A stretch of DNA of 39,450 nt. Source: Nemertoderma westbladi. Its lineage: Eukaryota > Animalia > Xenacoelomorpha. Location of the stretch: contig JAUCBJ010006633.1 in the NCBI GenBank assembly GCA_032718475.1, positions 1-39,450 on the forward strand. Direction: 5' to 3'. Below are positions 9,335-21,403 of this stretch, piece after piece (positions within the stretch are counted from its first letter, which is position 1; each line of letters opens with the position of its first letter). A model generated the notes under the pieces. The model was not told the DNA's origin. It searched no databases and saw only the letters and a list, made by a program, of their open reading frames with translations. The translations under genes and the position numbers were made by a program.

Positions 9335-10735
9335 ATGACGATATGTTTTCTATTGGTGATTTTGTTGCTCGCGATGGGGAATACTCATGTGGAGGCCTGT
9401 GGGGACAGTGGGAATATCGGTGGGGCCAGTTGCCCTGCGCAACAGGATAAATACAACTGTTGGGAGGCGACCCCCGTGAATATCACCGTGGTCAAACCAT
9501 GTCCGCAGAAGGCATACGGTTTCGATAAATCTAAAACAATCAGCAGACATTGTATGGGTAACGGGTTGTGGTTCGGCGCTGACAAAGACAATCCTATCGG
9601 TAAACCCGTGAATTATTTGGCCTCTTGTAGCGTCGATAATCTCCAAGAAATATTGGAGGAACTCTATGGGGTAAACTCAACCGCAGAGCAACGAGCGTAT
9701 TACCATGACATCACGAGTCGATCTAACACTCTCGGCATCGTTGGTTACAGTATTTCTGTTGTCGCAATATTTATTTCGTTGGTGGTATTTTTATCTTTTA
9801 AATCATTAGCTTGCAACCGCATTAATATGCATAAAAACTTATTCCTAGCCTTTTTATTTTGGTTGCTAGTCGAGCTCATTATAGCAGTAGACCTCAGGAT
9901 AATGACGACTAGCCCCACTGACCGTTACATTCCTACCATTCACCAGACGCCGTATCTCTGCGAGTCCTTTCGCGTGGTGGGGCAGTACTTTAGGCTGACT
10001 GTTTTCGCGTGGATGCTGCTGGAGGGGCTGTACCTTCACACGGTGGTCATCACGGCTGTTGTCAGTCAACACAACCTGGTGCCCTACTACCTGGCGGGAT
10101 GGTTGGGTCCCATCCCGGTCACGGCCACCTGGACTATAGTCATGGCTCTTAACGACGAGGAGACCTGTTGGTTCGACTACTCCATCCTCGCCTACTACTG
10201 GATAATCGAAGGCGTTCGTAACGTTATTCTAGCAGTTAACTTATTCTTCTTATGCAACATTATTCGAGTCCTTCATAAGAAATTACGTCGCAGTAACTCT
10301 AACGAAATGGGTCGAGCAATAAAAACAGCGAAAGCGGCCATCGTTTTACTCCCTTTACTCGGCCTCACAAACTTATTATTTATAGCTCCACCCCCTAAAG
10401 CGATCAACAGTAAAGTTTTATTGTGTTTATATTTCTTCGGGAAACCCTTTATGGTTTCGTTTCAGGGATTTTTTCTATCGCTTTTCTACTGTTTCGTGAA
10501 TGGGGAGGTTCGCATTGCCGTGGAACGCCGCTGTCGCAATTGGGCGACAACGGAACAGGTGCGGAGGCGGAGCTCCCGGACTATGTCGGTCTCACTGTCG
10601 TTTTTCGGGAATGATGGCGGCCGTCGGAGCAGTTTAAACTCCCAGTTACGAGTCCATCGGCAGCGAACCGTGGAGACTCTGCCTACAATCCCATCGGGAA
10701 ATCCGATAGGGGAGACGCGAGACACAGAAGCTTAA
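9335..10735 (+). CDS. PDFR: Class B1 (secretin-like) GPCR, PDF-receptor-like; single coding exon, 466 aa
   Basis: Signal peptide, six-Cys hormone-binding domain and 7 TM segments with class B motifs (RINMHKNLF, WMLLEGLYLH, GWLGP, NLFFLCNIIRVL, SFQGFF..LFYCFVNGEV). PDFR-like signatures recognised from memory: TPYLCE, CW..Y....YYWIIEG and AAIVLLPLLG(L)TN. Strict orthology versus a PDFR-related paralog is not established. Confidence 0.88.
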   Translation: MTICFLLVILLLAMGNTHVEACGDSGNIGGASCPAQQDKYNCWEATPVNITVVKPCPQKAYGFDKSKTISRHCMGNGLWFGADKDNPIGKPVNYLASCSVDNLQEILEELYGVNSTAEQRAYYHDITSRSNTLGIVGYSISVVAIFISLVVFLSFKSLACNRINMHKNLFLAFLFWLLVELIIAVDLRIMTTSPTDRYIPTIHQTPYLCESFRVVGQYFRLTVFAWMLLEGLYLHTVVITAVVSQHNLVPYYLAGWLGPIPVTATWTIVMALNDEETCWFDYSILAYYWIIEGVRNVILAVNLFFLCNIIRVLHKKLRRSNSNEMGRAIKTAKAAIVLLPLLGLTNLLFIAPPPKAINSKVLLCLYFFGKPFMVSFQGFFLSLFYCFVNGEVRIAVERRCRNWATTEQVRRRSSRTMSVSLSFFGNDGGRRSSLNSQLRVHRQRTVETLPTIPSGNPIGETRDTEA

Positions 10736-13154
10736 AGTAGCGAATATGTCGGCGTAATGCACCTCGAATTTATGGTGTATTACTCAGCCCCCAGGCTTAC
10801 GACCTGTAGTATTCCTCTTCACAATATCGCCATGATTAACAACATATATCCGGGTCGCTGTAGGGGACTGTAGTTGGATTAGTTGTTCAATGTCTGATGG
10901 AATCACGTTCTACTAATCAGCCAGCGGCAAGCGGCTCCTCAAATGTAAACTCATTCGTGAGAAGTTAACGCTTTGAGGCATTGTTAAATTATTTATTTAA
11001 TTAGCATAGCGGAGGGATTGGAATATCATGCTATTCGTTGAGGTGTATTTTATTAATCACAAGGGATTGTACTGTACAGTTAACAGTTATGTGTGCTCAC
11101 TCCCTGTATGGTAAAGCAGTTCTACAGTTTTATAGATGTAAGGTTATTTGACAAACTGAGTAAACAAATAGCATCAGTATGGGACATTTTTTACGAGGTT
11201 GATCATTTGATATTTGTATAGTTTATACTCTACAAACCCTGATTTATATATATGCCCTATATACTATAGGATACTGATACACTCAAGACTAAATCGAGCA
11301 GAAATGTTATCATCTTCAGCAAACTTCAACGACCAATAATTTCCGCTGTCGCCCGTATGGCACTTACAATTACATATGGTGAGTGACACACACACACACC
11401 CATTACTCACACTGGTGGTAGTTCTGCTTTCGGGAAATTAGATTATTCGTGTGGATAAATTATGCTAATACTAAACCAGTCAGCATATGGGTCAGGTTAC
11501 TGCTAATTCTTGGATTTTATCATTGGTGAACTCATCTTCTGTTATGATTTAATCAGTGCTGGTGCTTTGCAAGGTGGACTGGAACCGGACCCCATCAAAC
11601 TAATTTCCCACTCGTGGGTTGAACCCATGACCTCGATGTGCGAATACAAAGCTCTAAAACAGTCCGTAATGATCTAGATGGGGATATCCTCCTATTGTAA
11701 TACACTGTCCTATATTCATTTACTTGATTTATAACTCAACTGCAATTTAAAATTATTTTTATTTATAACCAAAACAATTAATTTACTACTTTAAAGGCCA
11801 CAATGATTTTTAGTCAGCTGAAACCTAATACAATACTAGAACGCGATTGGGATTCGCGCTAATAGTATATCCCCACGATATTTAATGGTTGTCATTAGTT
11901 GCACGATATCTAAACTTCATTAATTTAATGTTAATGAAAGGCCATAGAACTGCGGTACAGAAGTACAAAACGAAAGTATTTTCTTTTCAATTATTTATTG
12001 CTTTTTTTACTTATTTGTGATTGTATTTATATTCACACTTAAAGTGATATTGTTTTTATGGACTTTTACAATCTTTTACAATTTTCGATTTTTACAATCG
12101 TGTAACATTGGTTTTATGTTTGATTGTCCACTTATAAATATTGTGTGCTGACGTAACAATCCTAACTTCATCTATATTAATCTATTATAACAAGTGTATG
12201 AATAAGTTTCTTTGCATGATATTGGTATCTTTGTGAAATATTCTGTTTCTTATTTTTTAAATTGTAATTTCGTGATATTTGTATATAATGTGCAGTGCAT
12301 ACATATTATAATACTTTAATTTTATTTGATTAATTTACGTTATGTAGTAATGTTCTCAATTTTAATAGAGTTTTAATTATCAATTTATTAATTCAATAAT
12401 TAATCCTTCATGAACTTGGGAATAATAACAGGTGATGGTACAGATAGATGGTTTCATGCCGTCGATCAAAACCTTAACCGCGACTCGAGCTAGGAATCTG
12501 GAATCTCTTTCAAACGCAAGCGCTGCTGCTGTGTGCGGCTCAGAGATGAACAAGGGGATTTATTCTTATTTATCTTTTGTATTTAAGTTGAGTGGTCATG
12601 GATGAAAGTGGTCAGTTATTTTTCCAAAATGTTGCGGATGGGATGGGATTCAATTTTGTATTGTTTTGGCTAAAACAAAAGGCCATGATTTTTACACAAG
12701 TATTCTTATGTCGACCCAAAGTTCGCCTTAAGTGAATTTCCTCATTCGTAAACAGTCAGTCTGTCCGTCTCCCTGAAGCTAGGCGTACTCTTATTGAAAT
12801 TACTGATTGATAACGTTTTTTAATTTAACCGTCAATCTTATTCATATCACCCAATCTCATTGCCCCTTCGAACAATTATCTTGTTTCCACGACCGTTCCT
12901 GTTAGCCACAAGAACATACTAATCAGTGAGATTTATTCCTTTCATTTCTGCCAATCCCTTATCACCATATCCTCTTGGCAAGGTCAAATTTTCCTTTTCA
13001 GTGAAAGGGAATCCAAAAATAATCTCTATGGTACATTGTTTCCTATTGTGTGCCTTCTGCTGAGCTTCCGTGGTGTTCAAGATTACCCCTGATTATAATC
13101 AGTAACTCCATTGCTGCTCATTATATTTTATATCATTTCCTGCTTACTCGCTGC

Positions 13155-13178
13155 ACACACACACACACACACACACAC
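13155..13178. repeat. (CA)n microsatellite
   Basis: About 12 CA units read directly. Confidence 0.9.
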
Positions 13179-16100
13179 TCACTACAAAGATTTGGGGGAA
13201 AGGAATTTGTATTTTGATTCCTAAACAAATAAGCTAATCAAGCCAGATATTAATCGAAGGCGACGGTGAGTTTGTCATAATCCAAGATTAAAGTTAGAGC
13301 GACCTTGAAGAAATATTTACTCAATATTATATGTAACTCTGTAATGTATTGCGGAATATATGATGTATAACTTTTCATTGCGGGTTACTTTGTAGGGGGT
13401 GTGATAATACAAACAGCTTATGCAGAGGACCATTGTCCAGCACACACCACCGCCTATCTGTGATCAATTTGGCCGGAATTACAGCAATGCAATAGTAATC
13501 CGAAGAAAACACAAAAGATTTTAGGTAGTGTGTGGGAACATTGTTACGAAAGACGTAGGGATGTTATCGAATTCTCGGCGTCGACTGTAAAAAAAATGTG
13601 GCGTATCTATAAATCCGACCTTAATAAATATCTTTGTATAAGCTGGTTTGACTCTTTTTCATATCTCTCTTCTCTTTCCTTAGATATCTGATGCTTTCCA
13701 ACTATTTATTTCCGCAACGCGAACAAAATATGTCCCTTTTCACCTTTTCATGTCATATTTGAGTATGGTAATTAGACGTCCAGCGTATGGACGGATGAGT
13801 GAGTGCTTCAGGTTCTGAATAACCCGCAAACACAGTAGTACCCACGCGGGCGGATACGTTCTCCATTAATTAGCCAGTAGGTGTCTGTCTATTTGATGGG
13901 TTGTATGGATGGATCCAACCTTTATGTCAAGGGGCTGTCTATTAACCACTGCCTTCGCTAAGGTTTGCCATACACTTGTATCTGCCGCAGCTTTTCTTTG
14001 TCCTTGTGTTTTGTTGGAGCTCATGGAAAGGTGGATTCCATCCAATTCTGTAAATATTCTTACATCTGAATTTCGTCTGAAATATGTGAAGGTACTTTCG
14101 AAAACGTATTTGCGACTATGGAACTCTATTTACTAACAAATCATTATAATAGTTACGACTATTTATGCTGCGACTATTTACTATCCCGGTTGTCACTCAA
14201 ACATTGGAAAACCATGTTAATAAGCAATAACCAACCCCCTTAATAATAAATGTGTTTTTCATTGTTCAATGTTCACTAATACTGCCCCTCCATCTCGAGT
14301 GACGACGCTATTATACCACCATTATGCATTTCCTGCGAATTGTGACTTTCGGTGTCGTTGTTGTTGTTACTGTTAGACTCGTGCACCACCGGCGATAAGT
14401 CATAAATCTTAAGTTATAACCCGCCATGAGTCGAAAGTGATTATTGTGGTCCATGTTTAACTTCCATCTTTTGACTTACGACTTAAAGGGAGGCGGAAGA
14501 CCTGTGATTGGTAACTATAGAAATGTGTATTAAATCAATGTGAGACGCATCTAATTTTTGTTAACAAATGACTTACCAGTGCAACACGGGCCTTAGGGGA
14601 TTCGTATTGCACCCCTTATCAACACATCGGGCCAATGCAGACAACTTTAATGGAACTTAACCCTCTGGCGAGGCGAGGCAAGCGTTAATTACCCTGCCCT
14701 GTTTGTTGCGCCCATGTGTCTGCACCTGTATTTGGACACAACCCGCAAACATCAGCCAGCACGTGGCTTCCATTATCTGGCAATAACATGATTAACTGCG
14801 GTTTACCTGGGTACCAACAAAACTAATGCCGCAGAATACCAATATAATTAATATCGACTTACCCGGAATACAAAAACTATTTCGTTGTGCTGTCTCCTGT
14901 CGTCTTACTCTACAATTCAATTGTTACTACCTACCGACTTTTCTCTCAAATCTCTTTAAAATTTAATCCATTTATTATGGATTACAGTGGTTTCGCCTCT
15001 GATTGGCAAAGCAATCGCGTTGTTTACCATTATTGAAGTATGTACGATCGATTTACAGCCTCCCTTGTCATTTTGATAGATCGGGGTTTGACGGTAATTC
15101 CACACGTCCTTGAAATCTTCATTAATGAGTTCTACTTGTACGCTGTTTTCCCCTCGCTGGGGATGCTGGACTTGTACATAAGTACCGTGGGCTATGGAGA
15201 GTCAGTCCCTTTCACTTACGGATGGCCGTTTGGATTAGCTCGTTATGAAACCGAACGAGAGTTGTAAACCATACTTTTATAATGAATTATTCATATGGAG
15301 GCGTATACGTTATGATTTCCAGGAATTTTTTTACATAGATAATGCGATGCGACGCGGTTTTCTCTTCATGATGTTGCCGTTGGCATATTTATAACTAGGG
15401 CGTTTCTTCGCCTCTTCTTCATGTGAAATTGACTTATGAACTGAAATTTCATTAATTAAATTACTATTTTGTTTTATTAGATAATTATAACGATTAAATC
15501 AATATGGTCAGCTGCCAGGTCCTGCAGTATTTATTGAAATAATATAATTTTCTAATAATAGTGAACTTACTGCACAGCACATTACCGTTAGAACTAAATA
15601 TAAATAAGATAGTCATTACAGATAGAAATGGCCCCCCACCAAAAATTATAGAACTTTTTAAAATTAATTTAGCGAATATTTAATTTCGTTAAATCACAAT
15701 TTAAGGTACCTATTGTGGGAAAGCAGGAAGTTATTACCGAGATGAGCTCTTTAACCAAAACAATATACAGAATTTTGGAGTCTAGGAGTACGGTAAGATT
15801 CTTATTCTAGCTACTAATTATCTAATATCAAAATTCCTAGCATCATCACCGCATTTGGAAGACTGAATGAAGCACCTCAATTGGATGAAGCACCTTAATT
15901 GGAAATCAGCGTACCATTTCTGCTGTTATGCATTTAACCCTCATGTGTAAAATATCAGTTTTTACTCTTAAAACTAAGTTTCGGATGGGTGAAAGATATA
16001 TAACCAAAATAGTAAACGAATTTAATCCGTAACCAAAGAACCAAACACATTGATTTGTAACCAGAAACGCAGCTTTGTTACCGGTAAGTCCAATTCATAA

Positions 16101-16637
16101 CCGGGTGCCCAGATTTGTAACCGGTAATTCAACATAGGGCCAGGGATGGATTAAGGGGGGGGGGAGGGGGGGGGGGGGTGTAAGTTGGAAGGGGCCCAGC
16201 AATTTGGGAGAAATTAACCGAACATTAACTCACTGATAAAACAACCTCATTTATTTATTAATTTCTGGCTGATCAATAAATATTTATACATCTCACATAT
16301 AGCACCATTCATAGATCACTCGCCATTAGAGAATGCCATTGAAACAAAATAGAAGGGCCCTTAAATGGTAGGCAACGGATGGGAGAAGCCAATAATGTCG
16401 TAAACATTCATTCCAGAACATAATTATTTAACTTGAGGTGAATCAGTAGTCGTGGGATAAGCAAGGAGCTACATTTACTATGTTACCCCGACTCGGCAAC
16501 CCAGACAGCCAGACTATCGACTCGGTTGCAATACAGATAGCCAGGGTGAAGATATCAACTCACCTTCACCAATAGGGTGAAGGTGAGTTGATTATATTGG
16601 TTTGTCTGGTGGCTTAGCTCGCTGCATAGCTGTCTGG

Positions 16638-18417
16638 GGCATCACGTCATTAGTTCTAAAGGACTTTAGTTCTAATGGACTTTAGTTCTAAACCGGAAAC
16701 GTCATTAGTTCTAATCGGGGATGTCATTAGTTCTAAAGGACTTTAGTTCTAAATTCAAAAGTACTTAAATTCTAATTGAAGCGTCAGTTGTTCTAAACGC
16801 ATGCGTCAGTAGTTCTAATAGGGGTGTCAGTTGTTCTAAAGACCAGTAGAGGGGGGAATTTAAAATCAAAGCAGTACAGTAAAATACCGGTACTGCATTG
16901 TCTTTGATTGTGCTCTTAATCTGCACTGCACTTTCTGACTCTTGAGTTGGCCTAACTTCTAAACTTTGTTTTGTAGTGCAGTATGGCGGGTGCAGTACCA
17001 GCAGACTACGGTTCCTTTTCAGACTACACGCGCAGAACAAAAACTGGGAAAAATCCACTTATCTGTTATCCTATCGAAAACGGCAAGGTTCTAGAGTTTA
17101 TGTTTCGAGCTAAAAGTGAGAATGCGATTTACTATAAATGCAAGCTGTGCAAGGAGGCGAGAGATGTGGACAACACATTGCCTCCACCACCGAGCCTTGT
17201 TGTTAAAGGTGAACGAATTCTATCCTATCTGTTCCTATTCGAACGCATTCGTGAGAAGTTAGTTGCAGTTGCAGGTGGCCAAGTGCCTGACTTGCAATTT
17301 CAGACCTGGCACCTTGACTTCGAGCAAGCTGCAATAAACGCTGCTCATGCAGCTTTCCCAGAGGTTAGCATTCAGGGTTGTGTGTTTCATTACACAAAAG
17401 CTCTCAATGAAATGAGGGATAAATTGGGATTGTCTATTCCCTGCCAACAGGATGATCGCATTCGCATTTGGATGAGGCGACTTGTTTCCTTGTGTCTTAT
17501 TCCGTCGCAGCTAGTACTTCCTGTTGCTGCCGATATTTTGGCCGAAGTTCCTGTTATTGCGAATGTAGCGGTTAACATTCAGTTGAACAAATTTTCTCAG
17601 TACTTCGCCGATTTTTGGCTTCGACCAGGGTTTATCGAAACCTGGAACAGCTGGGACAATGATGGTCCACGTACAACGAACCATGGTGAGGGATGGCATA
17701 ATTCTCTTCCACATAGTTTTTCTCATCGCCATCCTGAACTCGGCGACTTCCTTCAGCAAGCTCAGCTGTGGCACAACTCGTACGTCGTACGTGCCAGAAA
17801 TCTGGACAATGGCAATGTCTTGGCACGTAAGCGAAGAGATCGTGACATAACGATTGATCAACACATTTCTGAGGCCAAGAACCAGTTGAAAATTCAGTTG
17901 GATTATTGGATGGCACAAGGTGCTCCTATACCGCGTCCTATGGTCTATGCTTATCTGGACCATGTTCAGCACCTGCTTGGTAATCATTAGTAAACTGAAA
18001 CTTTAACTGTCGAACTTAAACTGATTAATAATAATAATTAATACTAATTTTAAATGTTTTAAATGTTCGAATTTTAATATTTCATAATTTTAATAATTAG
18101 TGTCTGTATTCTAAGTCAGTAATTATTCTGTACTCAGTATTAGTTAGTTTGTGCAATGAATAGTATACAAAATTATTACCTTTATTCACATTCAGTTTAA
18201 TTTTAGAACTAATGACATCCCTGATTAGAACTATTGACACCTCTGTTTAGAACAACTGACGCAACCACTTTAGAACAACTGACACATGATTTAGAACTAA
18301 GTGACTATTCAATTAGAACTACTGGCGTTTGCAATTAGAACTAATGACACCCCCGATTAGAACTACTGACGTAACCTGTTTAGAACAAAAGTCCATTAGA
18401 ACTAACGACACCCAACC
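16638..18417 (+). mobile_element. Mutator-like (MULE) DNA transposon, 1780 bp, internally deleted
   Basis: 9-bp direct repeat GCTGTCTGG at 16629-16637 and 18418-18426. GG...CC termini. Both ends (~200 bp) are built from tandem GTCA(T/G)T(A/T)GTTCTAA motifs in inverted orientation. Internal transposase ORF. Confidence 0.93.
16983..17990 (+). CDS. MULE transposase, internally deleted but in frame (335 aa)
   Basis: DFEQAAINA (second catalytic Asp), GCVFH (CxxH) and RTTNHGEGWHN (catalytic Glu). N-terminal YYKCKLC may be part of a FLYWCH-like region. No first catalytic Asp (DGTF-like) motif is visible. Confidence 0.85.
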   Translation: MAGAVPADYGSFSDYTRRTKTGKNPLICYPIENGKVLEFMFRAKSENAIYYKCKLCKEARDVDNTLPPPPSLVVKGERILSYLFLFERIREKLVAVAGGQVPDLQFQTWHLDFEQAAINAAHAAFPEVSIQGCVFHYTKALNEMRDKLGLSIPCQQDDRIRIWMRRLVSLCLIPSQLVLPVAADILAEVPVIANVAVNIQLNKFSQYFADFWLRPGFIETWNSWDNDGPRTTNHGEGWHNSLPHSFSHRHPELGDFLQQAQLWHNSYVVRARNLDNGNVLARKRRDRDITIDQHISEAKNQLKIQLDYWMAQGAPIPRPMVYAYLDHVQHLLGNH

Positions 18418-18814
18418 GCTGTCTGGTAGGGCCCAGTGGAGGTGATAAGGTGAATGTACTGAGCTAAAGCCATTCCATCCAAATCCAATTCTAACAATGA
18501 TACTGTAGTGCATTGATTGGTTTGGTACGTTATTTATGAGTGTAATCATTGATCACAATCGTATCGTATAATTATTATATTGTTAATATAATATTTCAAT
18601 TATTTGAATCACTGCGCAGTTTCTAAAATTTTTAAAGCGTAAAGTAATGTGTAAAGAAAAACATTAGCAAAAAAGTGGATTTAAAATAATAGTAAATTAT
18701 TACTGTATTACAATAAATTAACATATTTACTTTTCTTTTCAATTGAATTTATCTGAAATCATTCACGAGTTCAGTAGTCACAAGGCTATGAAAATCCTTT
18801 TTTTTTTACAATAT

Positions 18815-19539
18815 ATTTTGTTACATTATGTCAACTTAACAGCGTTCTGGTGAATTACTCGTAACGCTGCAAAGTACTACTTTGCAGCGTTGCGGCCTAT
18901 AGAACGGAACGCTGCAAAGTAATCAATGACATGGAAACAACTTCAATTACCGTATTCCAGAATGTATTATTTCCATTTATGTTAATGATTGCTGGTTTAT
19001 TATCCAGTTTGCAGTGACGGGACTAGGTACTGTATGTATATAATTGTTTAACGTGTTCTGTAATCCATTATGGCGAAACGCCCAATATAAACACTTTAGA
19101 GAAAATAACCTAAGAAAATGGCGACAGTGTTCAGTAAAACTGAACTGACACAGACGGTGACTAAGTTTGTTTCAGTCGACTATAGTCAAGATGGATTAAT
19201 GATTTATCACATCCATGCGGGAGATAATTTCCAATAAACTTTAATTAGATTTAAATATATAATTAATACTGTGGAACAGTTAATAAATTTCACTTAAATG
19301 CGATATAGTACATGATTAAAATGTATAAATGAGTATCCATAAAATCCTTTCTTCACATACCGATCGCTGATAAGTTGACATAATGTAACAAAATTACATA
19401 CATCATTGCTTGCAAAGGTCACTTTTCAGCATTAATGACCCTTGTTTATTTATGTAAACCTCCCTCGCTGCCATCGCTCGGTACATAAATAAACTTGGGC
19501 CATAACGCTGCAAAGTGCTACTTTGCACACAATGATGTA
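18815..19539. mobile_element. Non-autonomous palindrome-rich repeat (possibly Crypton-like), copy 1
   Basis: Perfect 24-bp inverted repeat (18815-18838 / 19371-19394), 29-bp palindrome (18863-18891) and ~58-bp imperfect inverted repeat (19399-19456 / 19482-19539). A homologous segment lies in opposite orientation at 31841-31960. Confidence 0.6.
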
Positions 19540-21403
19540 AATAGTTATTAAGTAATTGTTGTGTCTAATTTATTGATTTACCAATATATTTTCAAAATTA
19601 TATCACATTCAAAGTCTCACATTTATCTAGTGTTAGTTACTAGTAGTCACTACCCAACGCGTGTACGCTGTCTGTATCTCAGTCGTACCTAAATATAGAA
19701 TATCTTTTGGATGGCGTAATTTTAGGAAAAAATAATAATTTGAACTATAGTATTTTACTATATTGCTTATTGCTTCCATAGTTACTGCGATTCAAATTAT
19801 TGTACTCTTCAAACTCTCGATGTTGCCTTACTCAATGTTAAAATGATTTTGTGTTCTCGAATATTTATTACGTAACTAGAGAGCCGCTTAACTACATAAA
19901 CCAATATTGGATATTGAGTTCCGTTTTGGAGTACGCCGTGCAGACACTAAAGTTATAGTTGTACAGTAATAACTTAATGAATCTGTGGATGGATTTTGCT
20001 CAAATTACTTGCAAACCTTTTCTACTTCGATGTTATTTCAACAAAGTAATAACATAAGAGATTCCTCCAAAAATATACTATTTTGCTTTTACACCGATAA
20101 AAAAGTAAAAACATTACAATCCTATGGATTACTTTTTTGAGCGAAAAAATAACAATTTAAGAATAAAATGTTTTCGAAGTTTGCGAAAGTTCGAAAATTC
20201 GCGAAAAATTCTTCAATTTCTGTGCCCTTCTCGATTTCAACCGTATTTCTATATGCTACATCTGCAATAAAAGTTCTTCACTCTACCGCTTACTAAGTAA
20301 ATTAAATGAATAAGGAGAGAAAATTCGCCCATGTGAAGAATACCAGTTATTCACGTTTCAGTCGAAATTATATTTCAAATTTTATGAAGAATCTGTATTT
20401 TTATTTTATCCTGTTTAAGTGTTTTATAGCTCATATTTCTATCTTATGATACTAATTCGTTTATTGTTTTGGTTAGATTAAGCCCTTATGTAACCTAGGT
20501 TATAAATGAAAGCCTGGTATACATCACATTTCCCAGAAAAATTTGCATCATGTTTACTTATCCAGCAGTGCCCACTGAATTTCAATCTGAGTTCACGGAG
20601 GGTGGTTGATACAGGTGGTATTGTGCCAACAGAGCTCGGCGTTTGTCATGTGTTGTCTCTAGCGGATGTTTAGTGTTGCTTCTAACAAGCAACCAGCAAT
20701 TCGATGTTCAAGTGATTGCTTCATATACCTTTTGGCCCATCGTAATAATGCTAAAAATTCCGCTAAATTTCGTAGATTATGACGTAGGGTTATGTCAACA
20801 TGACAATTTTAATTATGATCTGTGCCTGACCATCAAACCCTAACAAGAAAACAAACGAAAGCCAACCTACCGGTGTTAACTGTTTCCGGAACTACAATAA
20901 ATTTAAGTGGAATCTAAAGTGCCACGGGATATAAAGTCCCACGGGATATAAAGTCAACCAACCTTACAGAGTTATTCGGTGAGTATACCCATTTGGTATT
21001 ATATATTCTACATACACGTATAACAGCAGTAAACTATTCCTAGTACTAGCTTTACATTTTCAATGAATGGATCTCAAACATTTCATGAATGAGCTGATAT
21101 GCTGTATTATAATTGTTTATTTACATACGAGGCGCTGCGTTGACTTTTATATGGGTTTTTTCGCTCTTATCATTTTGGAAGGCAATCATCACATTATTTC
21201 TATGAACCGAAGTAAATTATATATTTCTAAAAATATCCTAATAAAGGTAGGAAACCCAAAATGGTAGGATATTATTAACTGGTTCAACTTCCTTATGGTA
21301 AACAAAATAAAAATAATTATAATTAGGAGTTACTAGGAGAACTTTAATACGGTATCGCAATAAAGAATGCGGCTACCAGTGGAGATCAAACACGAGTATA
21401 CAC

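Noticed and set aside
11604-11660. tRNA-like sequence on the minus strand (B-box-like GGTTCAACCC)
   Set aside because: No convincing A-box or cloverleaf; at most an old SINE remnant.
13684-14136. Strong polypyrimidine/AG acceptor at 13683, and a minus-strand open stretch (..KAAADTSVWQTLAKAVV..) faintly like a retroelement C-terminus
   Set aside because: No recognisable protein in any frame; similarity too weak to call without a search.
14960-15210. Stop-free minus-strand stretch with possible AG/GT ends (HGTYVQVQHPQRGENS..)
   Set aside because: No recognisable domain and no partner exons.
16155-16178. PolyG runs here and at 30306-30330 as functional G-quadruplex elements
   Set aside because: Simple homopolymers, probably within MITE remnants; lengths are assembly-sensitive and there is no supporting context.
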